From NCBI GenBank assembly GCA_051942205.1, contig JAVECO010000036.1:62001-126000 (forward strand): DNA of 64,000 nucleotides. The letters are read 5' to 3'. Position numbers and translations under genes: made by a program. This DNA is from Coniocarpon cinnabarinum (lineage: Eukaryota). Of this stretch, positions 26,157 to 37,722 are shown in pieces. The notes below the pieces were generated by a model. The model saw only the letters and a program-made list of their open reading frames with translations. It searched no databases and had not been told where the DNA came from. Position 1 is the stretch's first letter. Every line of letters starts with the position of its first letter.

Positions 26157-27644
26157 TTAGTCTTCGTCTTTTTTTTCCTCCTCTGACCCTTGATCTTCCT
26201 CGCTACCTGACGCTTCTTCATCCTGGTCGCTTCCCTGGTCAGTTGTCCTCTTCTTTGGCGACTGTCCCTTGCGTCGACCCTTCCCCTTCATTAGGTGTGC
26301 CAGCGGACAAGTGCCAACCTTCTGATCTTTCCCAGCTTTGGCACTGCACCAGCCACACTCTTTACCGTGCTTTATCAACAGATAATGTAACGGATATTTG
26401 AGATCATCTGGAACCTTTGTCTCCATGTGCGCGTATGCATTCTCTCGTCCAACTACCTTAGTCTTGCACTCACCGCGCTTGAACATGCCACGAGCTTGAG
26501 AGTCAGAGGGCACCCAGCCAAGCCAGCGCGTCAGCCGAAAGACGTGGGTGTCAACCGCGAAGGATGGCCGCTGCATGCAGAAGAGCAAGACGCAGGATGC
26601 CGTTTTCGGTCCAATGCCTGGGTACCGGAGCAGGTGCTCCATGGCCTCCTGATCTTTCATCGTATGAAGATGGTCTAAGCTGAGGACTCCACCACTTGCC
26701 TTCGAGACTTCAGTATCTCGAGCTTGCTTTGCTTGCGTATCATTCTCTTGCTTCGCATTATCAGCCTCCGCAAGCTTGCGATCAGCTTCATTCTCCTCCT
26801 TGACCATGTTTAGTATCTCCTGAATGTGCCTGCTCTTGACATCGGCTAGTCCACCAGTCTTAATGGCTTCATAGACTTCTTTCACCGGCGCTGTCCTCAC
26901 AGCTTCCCAATCGACGCTTCCCTTGCCGACACCTTCTTTGATGATCCCGAATCTTTCAACAAGGCCGCGGAACGCTCTCGAGCTGTTGGCGCCGTTGGTC
27001 GCAGCGCTCAGTCGAGTTCGGATCAGGGCGTCGAGAACGCTTGGGACCTCACCGCAGCCAGAGCTGTTGAGACTCGGCTGGGGAATGGTCTTCGGCTGCT
27101 GCACAGTGCCATGGTGCTTGGCAAGCACATCATGAACATCCTGGCAGTCATCTGCAGTCGGCGCATTGAATGTCGGAAAGGGTGACACGCCAGGCGACAA
27201 ACCATACGGGTTGTTCTTTTGACGCGCTGTCTTGGTTGGTGAATTTTCCGCACGTTGGGAATCTCGGTGAGCTTTGAAATTATCCGTCATTTTTTGGCCA
27301 TCCGCATCGTTCATGGTGGAAGTGTCTTTCGACTTCTTGGGTGAAGCCTTTGCCCGTTTTGAGCGCCGCTTTGGGGATCTCGACGCTGCGGTATCGTTTG
27401 GCTCATCCTTAATTGGTGGACCTTCATCTGCCTGTAAGGCGCCACTCATGAGTGGTTCTTCGGCGCCCTCCTCTTCTTTGAAATGGACATGTTTCCTCTT
27501 CCTTGAAGTGTTGGGAGAAGCCCTGTCAGAATCTTCTTTGGTCTTCTTTGCCTTGACTGCTTTGGGGCTTTCACCGTTGGCCGCCCGCGTCGCAGAAACT
27601 TGTTTGGAAAGGGATGTTCGTGAGCGCGTTGCTCTCATGGTCAT
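26157..27644 (-). CDS. HhH-GPD superfamily DNA glycosylase (endonuclease III-like)
   Basis: HhH motif LLRYPGIGPKTASCVLLF, FAVDTHVFR, HGKECGWC...CPL. Basic N-terminal extension with an NLS-like segment. Start inferred at MTMRATRS; the ORF extends to 27767. Confidence 0.9.
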   Translation of the reverse strand: MTMRATRSRTSLSKQVSATRAANGESPKAVKAKKTKEDSDRASPNTSRKRKHVHFKEEEGAEEPLMSGALQADEGPPIKDEPNDTAASRSPKRRSKRAKASPKKSKDTSTMNDADGQKMTDNFKAHRDSQRAENSPTKTARQKNNPYGLSPGVSPFPTFNAPTADDCQDVHDVLAKHHGTVQQPKTIPQPSLNSSGCGEVPSVLDALIRTRLSAATNGANSSRAFRGLVERFGIIKEGVGKGSVDWEAVRTAPVKEVYEAIKTGGLADVKSRHIQEILNMVKEENEADRKLAEADNAKQENDTQAKQARDTEVSKASGGVLSLDHLHTMKDQEAMEHLLRYPGIGPKTASCVLLFCMQRPSFAVDTHVFRLTRWLGWVPSDSQARGMFKRGECKTKVVGRENAYAHMETKVPDDLKYPLHYLLIKHGKECGWCSAKAGKDQKVGTCPLAHLMKGKGRRKGQSPKKRTTDQGSDQDEEASGSEEDQGSEEEKKDED

Positions 27645-28674
27645 GACTGTCCTGGGTGAGGTGGCGTCGCGGGAAAATGGGGTAGAAACAAATGGCACAG
27701 GATTGAGTGGCAAGCCACAGCAGCGACGCAAGCAGGTTGACGTGTAAGAGCGTGCAGTGGAAGACAATGCCAGTCTAAGAGGTAGTTGCTGTGATACGGG
27801 ACAGACGAGCTCTCTAGAATATGAGGATCAATCACAGGAGCCGACGGGAAGCATTCACACACGATCAAACAAAATGTGACCTAGAGGGCAGACATTACGA
27901 TGACGTCGCAGGCGCTGTAGCTTGATGAGATCTGTGAAGCTAGTCGCAACAGAGGTTAGCGTCAGGGGAAAGCAGATCTCTTGGCGCAATCCTCTTCTGT
28001 TTGGTGCAAGAGATCTTTTCGACGTCTTCCATTAGGTGCGTAGCGGACGTACTAGGTTGAGCAAGTGCTTGATGCGAGTACAGGAACTTTCGACTGCCAC
28101 AGTCGACCCTCATAAAGTCACTCTTGAAGCTTTACCACCACCATGACGCCGTGCACGTGTCCGATTTAACCACGGAAGTATAATGAATGATCATGAACCT
28201 GCCAAACAATACATACGATGTCTTTTGCATGATCGTCGGCTCAGATACTTTTTGGGCGAAAAGCGTTTCACCTTTCCCAAGCCACAAAGCGAATCCGTCA
28301 ATTATTTTCCTGAACCCCTCAGCTCAAGCACAACTATCCTAGCAAATGCAAGGGTGTGTTAAAAAAGGACTTACTGCTGCAATTTCTATCTGCTTTCTCC
28401 AAATCAGCACTTCTAATCGATGGAGCCTCTAGGTGGGTTTTTGCGATTTAATGCGCTATGATCGATGAGTGCGTGTCACTCTGGCAGAAAACGCCGATGG
28501 TGTCGGAGGCGGAGGTTGAAGAGATCGAAACATGGATTGCACAGTAAGAACGGAGAGAGTATGTGCTTATCTTTTTATTTGAACGTTACATATTCAATAA
28601 GCATAGAATCATCTTGATGGCCGTGTCGAGACTCATGCATTATATCCCCGAAAACCACGAAACGAGCAAGGATT

Positions 28675-30477
28675 CTACCTCTTTTCAAAGACGAGATCCA
28701 GCTGACCTGGCAACGCCGTAAATTGATCTCTCATGAGTCCCTCCACCCTCCATCCATCATCACCAGGAGGAAAGGCGAACCGAAATTGGGACACGAGCGT
28801 GCTGACTAGAATGCTCATCTCGCTTAGCGCAAGGAGCTTTCCAGGACATGTGTATCTGCCCAACGCGAAAGGAAGATGGGTCCTTGCGTCCTTTACCAAA
28901 TGTGGCTGTGACGTCCACCGCTCCGGAATCCACTCGTTCGGGCGCTTGAATGCACTCTCTAGGCGATTTAAGATGTACCGTGGCGAGACAATGGTAGTGC
29001 CAGGGGGAATGAAAGTATTGGAGACAACCAGTCCGGCTTCCGATGTATCACGATAGCCGCCCGTAGGTATGACATGGTGAAAGCGTAATGTCTCGTTGAT
29101 GCAAGCAGCAAGGTGTGGCAGTGCCAGTAATTTGCTGGTGCCGTCTGCGTCGTCGGCTTCCCCGATGGTCTGTAGCTCTTTGTATATCAACTCCTGATGC
29201 TCTGGATGTTTCGCAAGCTCATAGAACAAGAAGCTTGTCGCGCTTCCCACAGTGTCGCTTCCTGCCACTATGGCTGCGATGCTCTCACCGCACAGCAGAT
29301 GCCTATTGAAGGGTGTATGCTCCTTTCCTTGGAAGTCTCTCACAAGGCCCGCGCTCACATCGTGCTTAGATAGGCTGTCACTGGCGACTCTTTCCATCAT
29401 TCGATCACGGCACCAGTCGATCATCCCATGCCAGGGCTTCACAATCCATCGGCCCTTGAAGAAGGTGAAGCCGATCTGAGCTAGCCAAGGAACCGGCGAT
29501 ACCGGTGCGAGAATGGAGAAAGCGTTGCGGAGCATGTGAACTGCATAGCGCCATTGCGGATCGGAAACCAGATTGAAGGACCGATCGAAAGCGAACAACC
29601 TGCATACTGGTTAGATCACCCAGTGTCATGAACTACGCGTTGGATGCTAGTGGAATGAAAAGACCAGAACGTACCCCATGATATCAAATGCAAAATAGTA
29701 AGAGAGACACTTGAAGTCCACGATCTCGTCCCTGTTTGCGGCTTGGCGAATGATCTGTGTAAGCTCTGCCGTGTGCTCCCGAATGCGTTCTTGGTAGATA
29801 GGCAGCTCTGTCACGAAGCCGTCAGCTTGCAGTGTGACTAAATCGTGTAGCAAAGTCACCAGCATACCTTTCCCTCCCAGACCGGATGTCCAGAAGCGAC
29901 GTCGCTGATCATGGAACTTCTTATCCCGAATAGTCGCTACCCCAAATTCTGGTAGCAAGAGATCATACCAATCAGACTTCAAGTTCTTATTCCCTGGTCC
30001 ATTGAGCTTGACCAGTACATCCAGGGTGAACACAGTGATCTCGTTGGGGCCAGTTCGGACAAAGTCGCCGTACTTCATATGCAGGTCTGAAAGAAAGCGA
30101 TAGTTCTGTCCTCCAAGACAGTGATAAGCATGCCAAAGTTTGCTGACCGCAGCAATTTTCGGGCCCGGAAAATGTCGAAGACGATGGAAGAATAGCCGAT
30201 AGAGCGTCATACTCAAGAAAAGAGAGCAAGTGAAGAGGCTCGTAAGCTTCATCGCGTCGACAATGTCCTGATACACGCTGTTGGTGGATGTAAACAACAG
30301 TCGCAGGCTTGTCGCTGTGCTTGGCATGATTGCGACGTAGAGCAGTACGAGCAACGGAGCTTGCATGTGCCATTCTCCCTTACGGAAGACAAGATGGTGT
30401 GAGCAGATTCCAATCGCCGCTGCAGTGATGTATCTGGGCTGAAGCACTAGTGGAGAGAACATTGGAATATTCATCAT
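28675..30477 (-). CDS. Cytochrome P450 monooxygenase; 3 exons
   Basis: N-terminal TM region, HRLRHFPGP, I-helix AGSDT, ETLR, PERW, heme motif FALGRYTCPG. Introns 29867-29808 and 29674-29600. Confidence 0.93.
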
Positions 30478-31291
30478 GTTTGTGCTTTGGAGTGAACTGA
30501 CCCCAGGGCCAATTTGGAAGGCTTTTCTATTGAGTGCTGTGCCGCTGCAGACAATATACACAGGCAGATGGCTCATGACGAAAACTGCTATGACCATTCA
30601 GCTCGGCGAGGTCTATTCTGCCGATTCCATTTGCGGGTCAGCCTCCTGTACGAAGAGACTCATGACCGGCGTAGTGTCCGAATGGTGGTAAATGCACTTT
30701 CCACTTATTTACGCCTCACATGCAAAATAGCTCAAGACGCTGTTACGTTGAGAATGGACTAAAGCGGATGCACAGATGCCACATCCTTTTCGCATCGGCT
30801 AAGAGCTCTATAGCTTCTCCGTGGCTTGTTTTGCAGGACTGCGTGTGATATGTCCACTCAAGCTACGTCGACTGACATTTTCTATTCCACCGGCCCGTTA
30901 ACGCCGAATCCGATGCAGATCACAATTTTTATTACGTGTCGAAGCAGCTGTGGACGACAAAGGCACACGGCTTACTCAGGGCGTTGCCCAGTTTCTGCGA
31001 GCTTCTTGACACACCTGCACTTGGATGGTGGCAGCTCAAGTGGTCTGCGCTGCCCGATTTGTGAAACGCCCCGATCGGCCGGCACTGCATCCTCAGCTAG
31101 GGCGTCCGACTGCAGCATGTCTCGGCAGGTCGATGTCAGGCAGTCTTCCACACGGGCCGCTCCTGCAGTACCGCTGATCATCTAGTGTACAAGCATGGAA
31201 TCACGAAGATGACAGCTATTCTCTCAGTACCCCTTATCTGCCTATGAAATCAATGCACTGCATGAGGACACTTTTCTCCACTCTTCACGAG

Positions 31292-32527
31292 TCAATGCGA
31301 GCGCGAACTTTGGTGGGAGCTTTCGAGATCGACGAGATCAACGTATGAGTTGTCAAGCCTGTCTCGCGAGCGCTTCTTGCTGTAGAAGTTGGTAGATGGC
31401 CTTGAATCAGCGTTGCCGGTAACGCGACCACTCGACCGGTCGATGGATGTTCCCAATGAAGACCCTCTCCAGCTCCTGAGCATTGATCTGAGGGCGGATT
31501 CCTCACCAAATGTTCGGGCCATTGCCGGCTGAACCATGGGCAAGCTTGCTGTGATGATACCAAGGAGAACTTCCAGTCCGCCCCAAATAAAATCGTTGAC
31601 AGATGTTTGCGTAAAGTTTTCTGTCTGGACCTCCAGTAACGCGTCTATGCGTAAAGCCGAAAATATAGAGACCCTGTGAGTACGTGCGTTAACGTGGCAT
31701 CAATCCGCACAGCTAATGAAACCTACAAAAGTCCCATGAGTAAAATGCCAGACACGCTGAGCTTTTTACGGACGGGCATCTGCAAACGCCAAAGAATTGG
31801 CAGTGGTAGCATCACAATTAGTGCATCGAGGACTAAATTGAGACTGGCAATGCCAAGGAGATTGGATGTATTGTTTCCACAGTGACCGGTGATAGTAATT
31901 TTGTTCCAATTGTACGCCAGAGGACGACAAATAAGCATTGCGCTAAGAAAGATCCAGAGAAGCTCAATTGCGGTGAGAGTAAATAATGCGTAGGGAATCA
32001 TCTTTGGAATACCCGTCTCAAAAGTTTCACGATAGAAGCAGAGAGCAGAACATTTGACAAGACATGTGGTGAGCCCCCAGAGGATCCCCGAGACGAGAAA
32101 AAGCTTTCGCAGTATCAGAATGGTGTGCTTGAACATATTTCTTGCAAAACAGACCTTGAGCGCGTACTGAATCTGCGACAAAGACAAATCCGTAACAGGC
32201 AGCCCAACGCCACCGTCGAATACAACTGAAGAAGTTCAATGAGTCGTTCGGGATAGAATTGGAGAAACTGCGTACTTGAGAACCCGACGCTTATATTGAC
32301 GCAATTGGACAACTTGGTCGACGATTAGGACATTCTGTTTTCATTAATTCAATTCTTAGCTTGTCACTTACCAAGGCGAGTACTATGAAATAATCCGAAG
32401 GTCGTATGCGTACACGTTTGATGCGGCGGGCCCAAAATCTTAAGCCGACAAAGACAAAGTCTAGAGTCCAAAATGCGGCCGCGATGGCAACCAGACTAAT
32501 ACGCCCCGAAGTCCACTGCGTCGGCAT
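31292..32527 (-). CDS. PTH11-like / fungal rhodopsin-domain multi-pass membrane protein without CFEM; about 5 exons
   Basis: VGLRFWARR...SDYFIVLAL, LVKCSALCFY, ICRPLAYNWNK, NLVLDALIVMLPLPILWRLQMPVRKKLSV, WGGLEVLLGIITASLP, assembled across four GT-AG introns. Confidence 0.85.
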
Positions 32528-33102
32528 GTTGCTGATGCGTCGCTCGGTAGTCGATCGAAGTTGATGTTTGCAAACAAATGGACATCGCTGTCGGCATCTC
32601 GCTGATTAAAGGAGGGCGTTCGGAGCTACTTGTAAGGCTGATTGCCATGGCCCCACGCGCTCGAGTGCCCACAAATCGCAGCGAGAACGGTGCAAGAACG
32701 GGCAAATCGCATGGTCAACATTGCTGGGACAGACGGGAGAGCGAATGCAGCGGGAGGGTAGATGCAGAGGAGGCTCAAGCGCGTGCAGCGCCGTGGAACC
32801 GTCGACAGGCAACCAATGCAATGTGGCGCGCTAGCACCCACGCCTCTGTCCTGTATCCCCGCCGTGCAGATCACTGCGACATGCTTGACTCAAGAAGTGA
32901 GACGAGGCAGATTTTCTGAACATGTACCTTGTTTTTGACACGTTGTTTTCGTCTATCCCACCTGGAATAGCACGTGACCAGAGCACTTGCTATCGACCAT
33001 CCCCCAACGACCAGTTCAAAAAGTGCTCGCCAAACTTGCAATGGTATTATGTTTGCTCGCCAGGCCCTACGCATTTGCAATCCTTGTTTAAGATCATCTA
33101 CA

Positions 33103-34984
33103 ATGGCTACTCACGAGAACGAGCCGCGTGTTGATTACCTCATCATTGGAGGTGGGACGGCGGGATTAGTGATTGCCAACAGATTGACAGAAGATGCTAA
33201 CATCTCCGTCACGGTCTTGGAAGCTGGCAATGATGCTACGGAAGATCCACGTGTAAATATCCCCGCGCTGTGGACGACCTTGAGCGGCACAGAGATGGAC
33301 TGGAAGTTCGCCTCTGAACCTCAGGTAAGAAACTAGCAAAGCTTTAGTTGATTGTCAACACCACGAAGCGTACTGATATGGGAGACAGCCGCACATCACA
33401 AACCGCGTCATCTCACTCCCCGCCGGCAAGATGTTGGGTGGTTCAAGTGCTCTCAATGGTCAAACCCTGGTAGCTCCATCTCAGTCTGGTATCGACGCCT
33501 GGGCAGCATTGGGAAATTCTGGGTGGGATTGGTCCACGTTGTCGCCTTACTATCGCAAGTTTTATACATTGCATCTCCCAGATGAAAAGACGAGAGAGCA
33601 TCTGGGGCTTACGTGGATCGACGAGAGTGTGCGTGGGGTCTCAGGCCCTATCCAGGCTTCATTCACTGGAACTGTAGACAATCCAGTACCCAAAGCATGG
33701 GTGCAGGCATTCAACAGGGTCCACTTTGGAACAACAGCAGATCCTTTCACTGGAAAATCCGTGGGTGGCTACAGTAATGTTTCTACCGTAGATCCCGCCA
33801 CCAAGACCAGGAGCTATGCTGCTTCCGCGTATGCCAGGCCTGTGTTGAGTCGCCCGAATTTGAAGCTCATGACCGGCGCAACGGTGCAACGCATTCTGTT
33901 TGAAAAGTCTGACGGTCAGGAGAAGGCGAAAGCTGTTGAAGTCATCATCGATGGAGAGAAGCAGACGTTGCAAGCTGACAAAGAAGTCGTCCTTGCAGCG
34001 GGCGTCTTTCAAAGCCCCAAGATTCTGGAACTCTCTGGTATTGGCGACAAGACATTGTTACAGAAACACAAAATTCCTGTTCTCATTGACAATTCCAATG
34101 TTGGCGAGCACATGCAGGATCACCTACTGACAGGCATCAGCTATGAACTCATAGATGGCATTCCCAGCCTGGATCCGCTCATGAGGCAAGAGCCAGAAGC
34201 ACTGCAGCGGGCTCAAGAGCAATATGCTTCCAGAAAGGAAGGGCCATTGTGTGTTGGAGGGATCAGCTTACACGCGTATATGCCGATCATGGAGTTCACG
34301 AACAGTCCTGATGGCGAGCAGAGGCTGCAAAGCCTCCTGTCTGAGCATATTGGAAGTCACAGCTCACCCGAGGAACGCCTCGTGCGTGACGTAATCAGTC
34401 ATGGTCAAGACGGTTCAGGTGCATACTTTCTGCTTCAGGGTCAAGGTTTGACCCATGAGAATGAAGCCAATGCCGACCACGGTCCCATCTACCAGCCTGG
34501 TAACTATGCGAGTATAGGGGTGTGCCAGACACATCCTCTCTCGAGAGGAAGCAGTCACATCAAGTCGTCGGAGCCCTCGTCTCCGCCGACCATAGATCCG
34601 GGATACTTCAGACACCCGCTCGACCTCGAGATCATGGCTAGACATGTTCTTGGCTGTGAAAAAATGCGCCACACGGAGCCCCTTAACAGCTTATTCAAGC
34701 CGAACGGCCGTCGCAACCATGTCCGAGCTCAGGTCAAAACTCTCGACGACGCAAAAAGATATTTGCAAGAGACGGCGAGGACAACTTACCATTGTTGCGG
34801 CACTTGCTCGATGCGCCCTAGATCCAGTGGGGGTGTAGTTGACTCGACATTGATTGTCTATGGCACGAGCAATCTAAGAGTCGTGGACGCCAGCATCTTC
34901 CCGCTTATCAGTCGTGGTAACACAATGAGTACGGTGTACGCAGTTGCTGAGCGAGCAGCAGACATCATCCGGGGAAAGGCCTAG
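33103..34984 (+). CDS. GMC oxidoreductase (AA3), intracellular; 2 exons
   Basis: DYLIIGGGTAG FAD-binding motif, GKMLGGSSALN after intron 33325-33388, SPKILELSGIG, catalytic TTYH and RGNT (His/Asn pair), LRVVDASIFP. No signal peptide. Confidence 0.93.
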
Positions 34985-35246
34985 CATTGATGGTTGGGGT
35001 TCAATGCTGAAAATCGCGCACATTCTCTTGGCGCTATCACGTGCCTGACAGCCATGGCCTTATGGCTCAGATCTAGAGAGTCGGAGTTAAGTAGGTAGGC
35101 AATAACCGAAGTACATGTTTCACACGAGCGCCCTAGTCTGTTGGACATTATTCCATTCAGACCTTGTTCAAAATTCGATTGATTTGTAAATGATGGGAAG
35201 GCAACACTAAACCTCCATACGACGGTTGCCTCCAGTTCCCAATTGT

Positions 35247-37055
35247 TCAAGAAGAGGTAGCGGTGCAGCACACGCGGCATAACCGTCCATTATCATCCTG
35301 AACCCATTCTTCGCTTCCCACATTGTGCAGTCCGTAAAAGACATCATAAGGATCGTAAACTGCCTTCACCCTTCTCAGAGGCTCATAGTTGACTCCGTAA
35401 AACAAATCCTGCCAGCCTTGTTGTGCATAGTCGCCTTCGCTTGCATAGGCTCCGCCGCCAGGGGTTATAGACTCCAACAATGGCAGGTAGGTGTTCGTGA
35501 TAGCCTTCTGAGATGCGCGATTTGTCTCCAACGAAGCGTTAAATTCGTATGGAAGGTTCACTGTCTGCTCAGTCAATGTGCTCCGCCATGCCGGGTTGAT
35601 CGACGTGTTCGCTATGCCTGACGTCGTGGACACATTCAAGCTCACACCTGTAATTGATGCACCGCCCTGGGCAATCTGGCGTAGAGTTGAGATGTAGGAC
35701 GCTTTGTGGTCTGTTACGACGTGTCTTGGCACGAAACGACCGCCCAATGAGACAGAGCCCGCAGGGATGGGCTGTTGCTGTGCAATGTTATGCTCGTAGA
35801 ACGAGTTGAATGCCTGCACGACGAAATTGGACTGGATGCCGAGATGATCGATTTTGTTGGTGATGGGCTTCATCAACTCGGCAAGGGTTTCGGGGTGCAC
35901 ATTGGGAGCTGTCAGTGGTGAGATAGTAAATGACTTCGTGTCTAGAAACCACACCATCCCGGCACCCGCATCTACCAGACCTGGCAAAGTTTCGAGAAAC
36001 ACCTCAAAAACCTGAAACACGTCGTCCTCACTTATGTTGGGGCCAGCGAGAGTGAGGTTAGCGCCCGTAACGGATACTCGAGGATGAGCCTTGCTCGTCA
36101 TCGACACAACAACACCATAAGTGCCGCCGCCACCGCCACTCAAAGCCCAGAAAAGATCCGAATTGACCATCGGGTTTGCTGTAAGCAAGCGACCGCTTCC
36201 GTCAACCACCTCCCACTCCAAGACCTCGTCTGCCGCCAGACCGAAGTAGGATGAAAGGGTAGAATGACCACCGCCCTGAGTGTATCCTCCCGCCACCGAA
36301 GTAGACTGGCATTCACCGCCCACGACTGTAAATCCTGCGCCCTCTGCTGCGGCAAAGGCTTCCAATGTTTGGACTCCGGCTCCTGCTTTGTAGGCGCTGC
36401 CATGATATCCAAATCCGTTGGTATCGAGGAACGAAATGTCCTTCATGTGATGGACCCAGATGCCCAGAGAGCCAGCGCCTGTTGATTTACCCTGGTAGTC
36501 GTGGCCAGTATTCTTGATGACTATTCGGATATTGAAGTATGTCGCGAACCATATTGCACGACTCACATCTTCGGGTGTTGTGGCATTGACCGTATAGACT
36601 GCGTATGATCCAATGATGCATCTACTACTCCTGATTTGGAATGGGTCGCAACTCTGATTTGCAAAAATTTGCTGCATGATGGATGAAGGATGCTGATAGT
36701 GTGTGGGTGGATCTTCCCAGTGCTGTTGCAAATCTGTGCAGGCAGTTTCGTTGTAAGGAGTGAAGGTATCATCATGACAGACGCTACCGATCGGCGAAGT
36801 CGCAATGAGCTTCCCGTTGATCGTGCCATTGAACGACATCCAAACGTCTAGGGAAGGCCAACAAGGGTCGCCGGGCATGCAGCGACATGGCTCCGTCGTG
36901 TTGCTGTTTGAAGGCTGAGCCCATGGTGGAGCACCAAGGTGTTCGAGTCTCGCCGGTGCGTGGCTTGATGGCTTTTCCGCAGCTGTACTCGGTCTCCCGG
37001 AAACGAGTGTCAGGAGCAGCGTGAAAAGGTGACAGAAACTCATTGTAGATGCCAT
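35247..37055 (-). CDS. Secreted FAD-linked oxidase, berberine-bridge-enzyme-like (isoamyl alcohol oxidase / PatO / ZEB1 type)
   Basis: Signal peptide, CRCMPGDPCWPS, KNTGHDYQGKS (flavinylation His), GGEC, GGYTQGGGH, FWALSGGGGG, and C-terminal BBE motif AYASE...FYGVNYEPLRRVKAVYDP. Confidence 0.92.
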   Translation of the reverse strand: MASTMSFCHLFTLLLTLVSGRPSTAAEKPSSHAPARLEHLGAPPWAQPSNSNTTEPCRCMPGDPCWPSLDVWMSFNGTINGKLIATSPIGSVCHDDTFTPYNETACTDLQQHWEDPPTHYQHPSSIMQQIFANQSCDPFQIRSSRCIIGSYAVYTVNATTPEDVSRAIWFATYFNIRIVIKNTGHDYQGKSTGAGSLGIWVHHMKDISFLDTNGFGYHGSAYKAGAGVQTLEAFAAAEGAGFTVVGGECQSTSVAGGYTQGGGHSTLSSYFGLAADEVLEWEVVDGSGRLLTANPMVNSDLFWALSGGGGGTYGVVVSMTSKAHPRVSVTGANLTLAGPNISEDDVFQVFEVFLETLPGLVDAGAGMVWFLDTKSFTISPLTAPNVHPETLAELMKPITNKIDHLGIQSNFVVQAFNSFYEHNIAQQQPIPAGSVSLGGRFVPRHVVTDHKASYISTLRQIAQGGASITGVSLNVSTTSGIANTSINPAWRSTLTEQTVNLPYEFNASLETNRASQKAITNTYLPLLESITPGGGAYASEGDYAQQGWQDLFYGVNYEPLRRVKAVYDPYDVFYGLHNVGSEEWVQDDNGRLCRVCCTATSS

Positions 37056-37722
37056 ATCGGCAGGGTAGGTATTCCGTCATGCTAGAACCTGCCCAGCTGG
37101 GTGGTAAGTATATATGTGCATATATGATCGATAGGACGGGCAGCTGGGAGCACGGTGCTGGCTTGCTGGCTCGTTAAAAACCCGTTTGAAACGAGGCGCG
37201 ATGAGCCTGCTTGCTCAAAGGTACTTGAGACGCCCCGTGGGTGCGCGCGGAGATGGACAGTGGATGCCTGCCACGCTGTCTGCCTGCGGCGCATGCGGAC
37301 AGGCGCAGCACCTCCCTCTCCCATCTCTCATCTCTCATCTCTCATCTCCCCTCCCCGGGCCTGACCCGCCTTCCGGACTGCTGTCACACGCTTCCAATGC
37401 TGCATTGTGTCGCTCTGACTGGTCGCTCGGTGAGCCGGCGACGCCTGTGGGCTGCGCTGCCGTCTGGTCACTGGTCAGACACCGCCGGCATGGATGACAT
37501 CTTCCCCTCTCCTCGACCTGCCGATGTGCCCTCTGCTATTACTCATGCAACGCCTCCCACTTGCGTCGTCACGCAGTCGCTCGATCCACCGTCGACGATG
37601 TGCCTCGATCCATCACGCACTGGCCCCTCGATGTCCGCCTGCAGTTACATTTCTTGCCCGCAAAGCTTCAAAATCCAAACTCATCTCACCCAAGACAGCT
37701 GGTTGGGTCACACACAGGTATT

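Noticed and set aside
26157..27644. DNA glycosylase as a self-resistance gene for the cluster
   Set aside because: Ordinary fungal HhH-GPD protein with no sign of duplication and no evidence for a DNA-reactive product.
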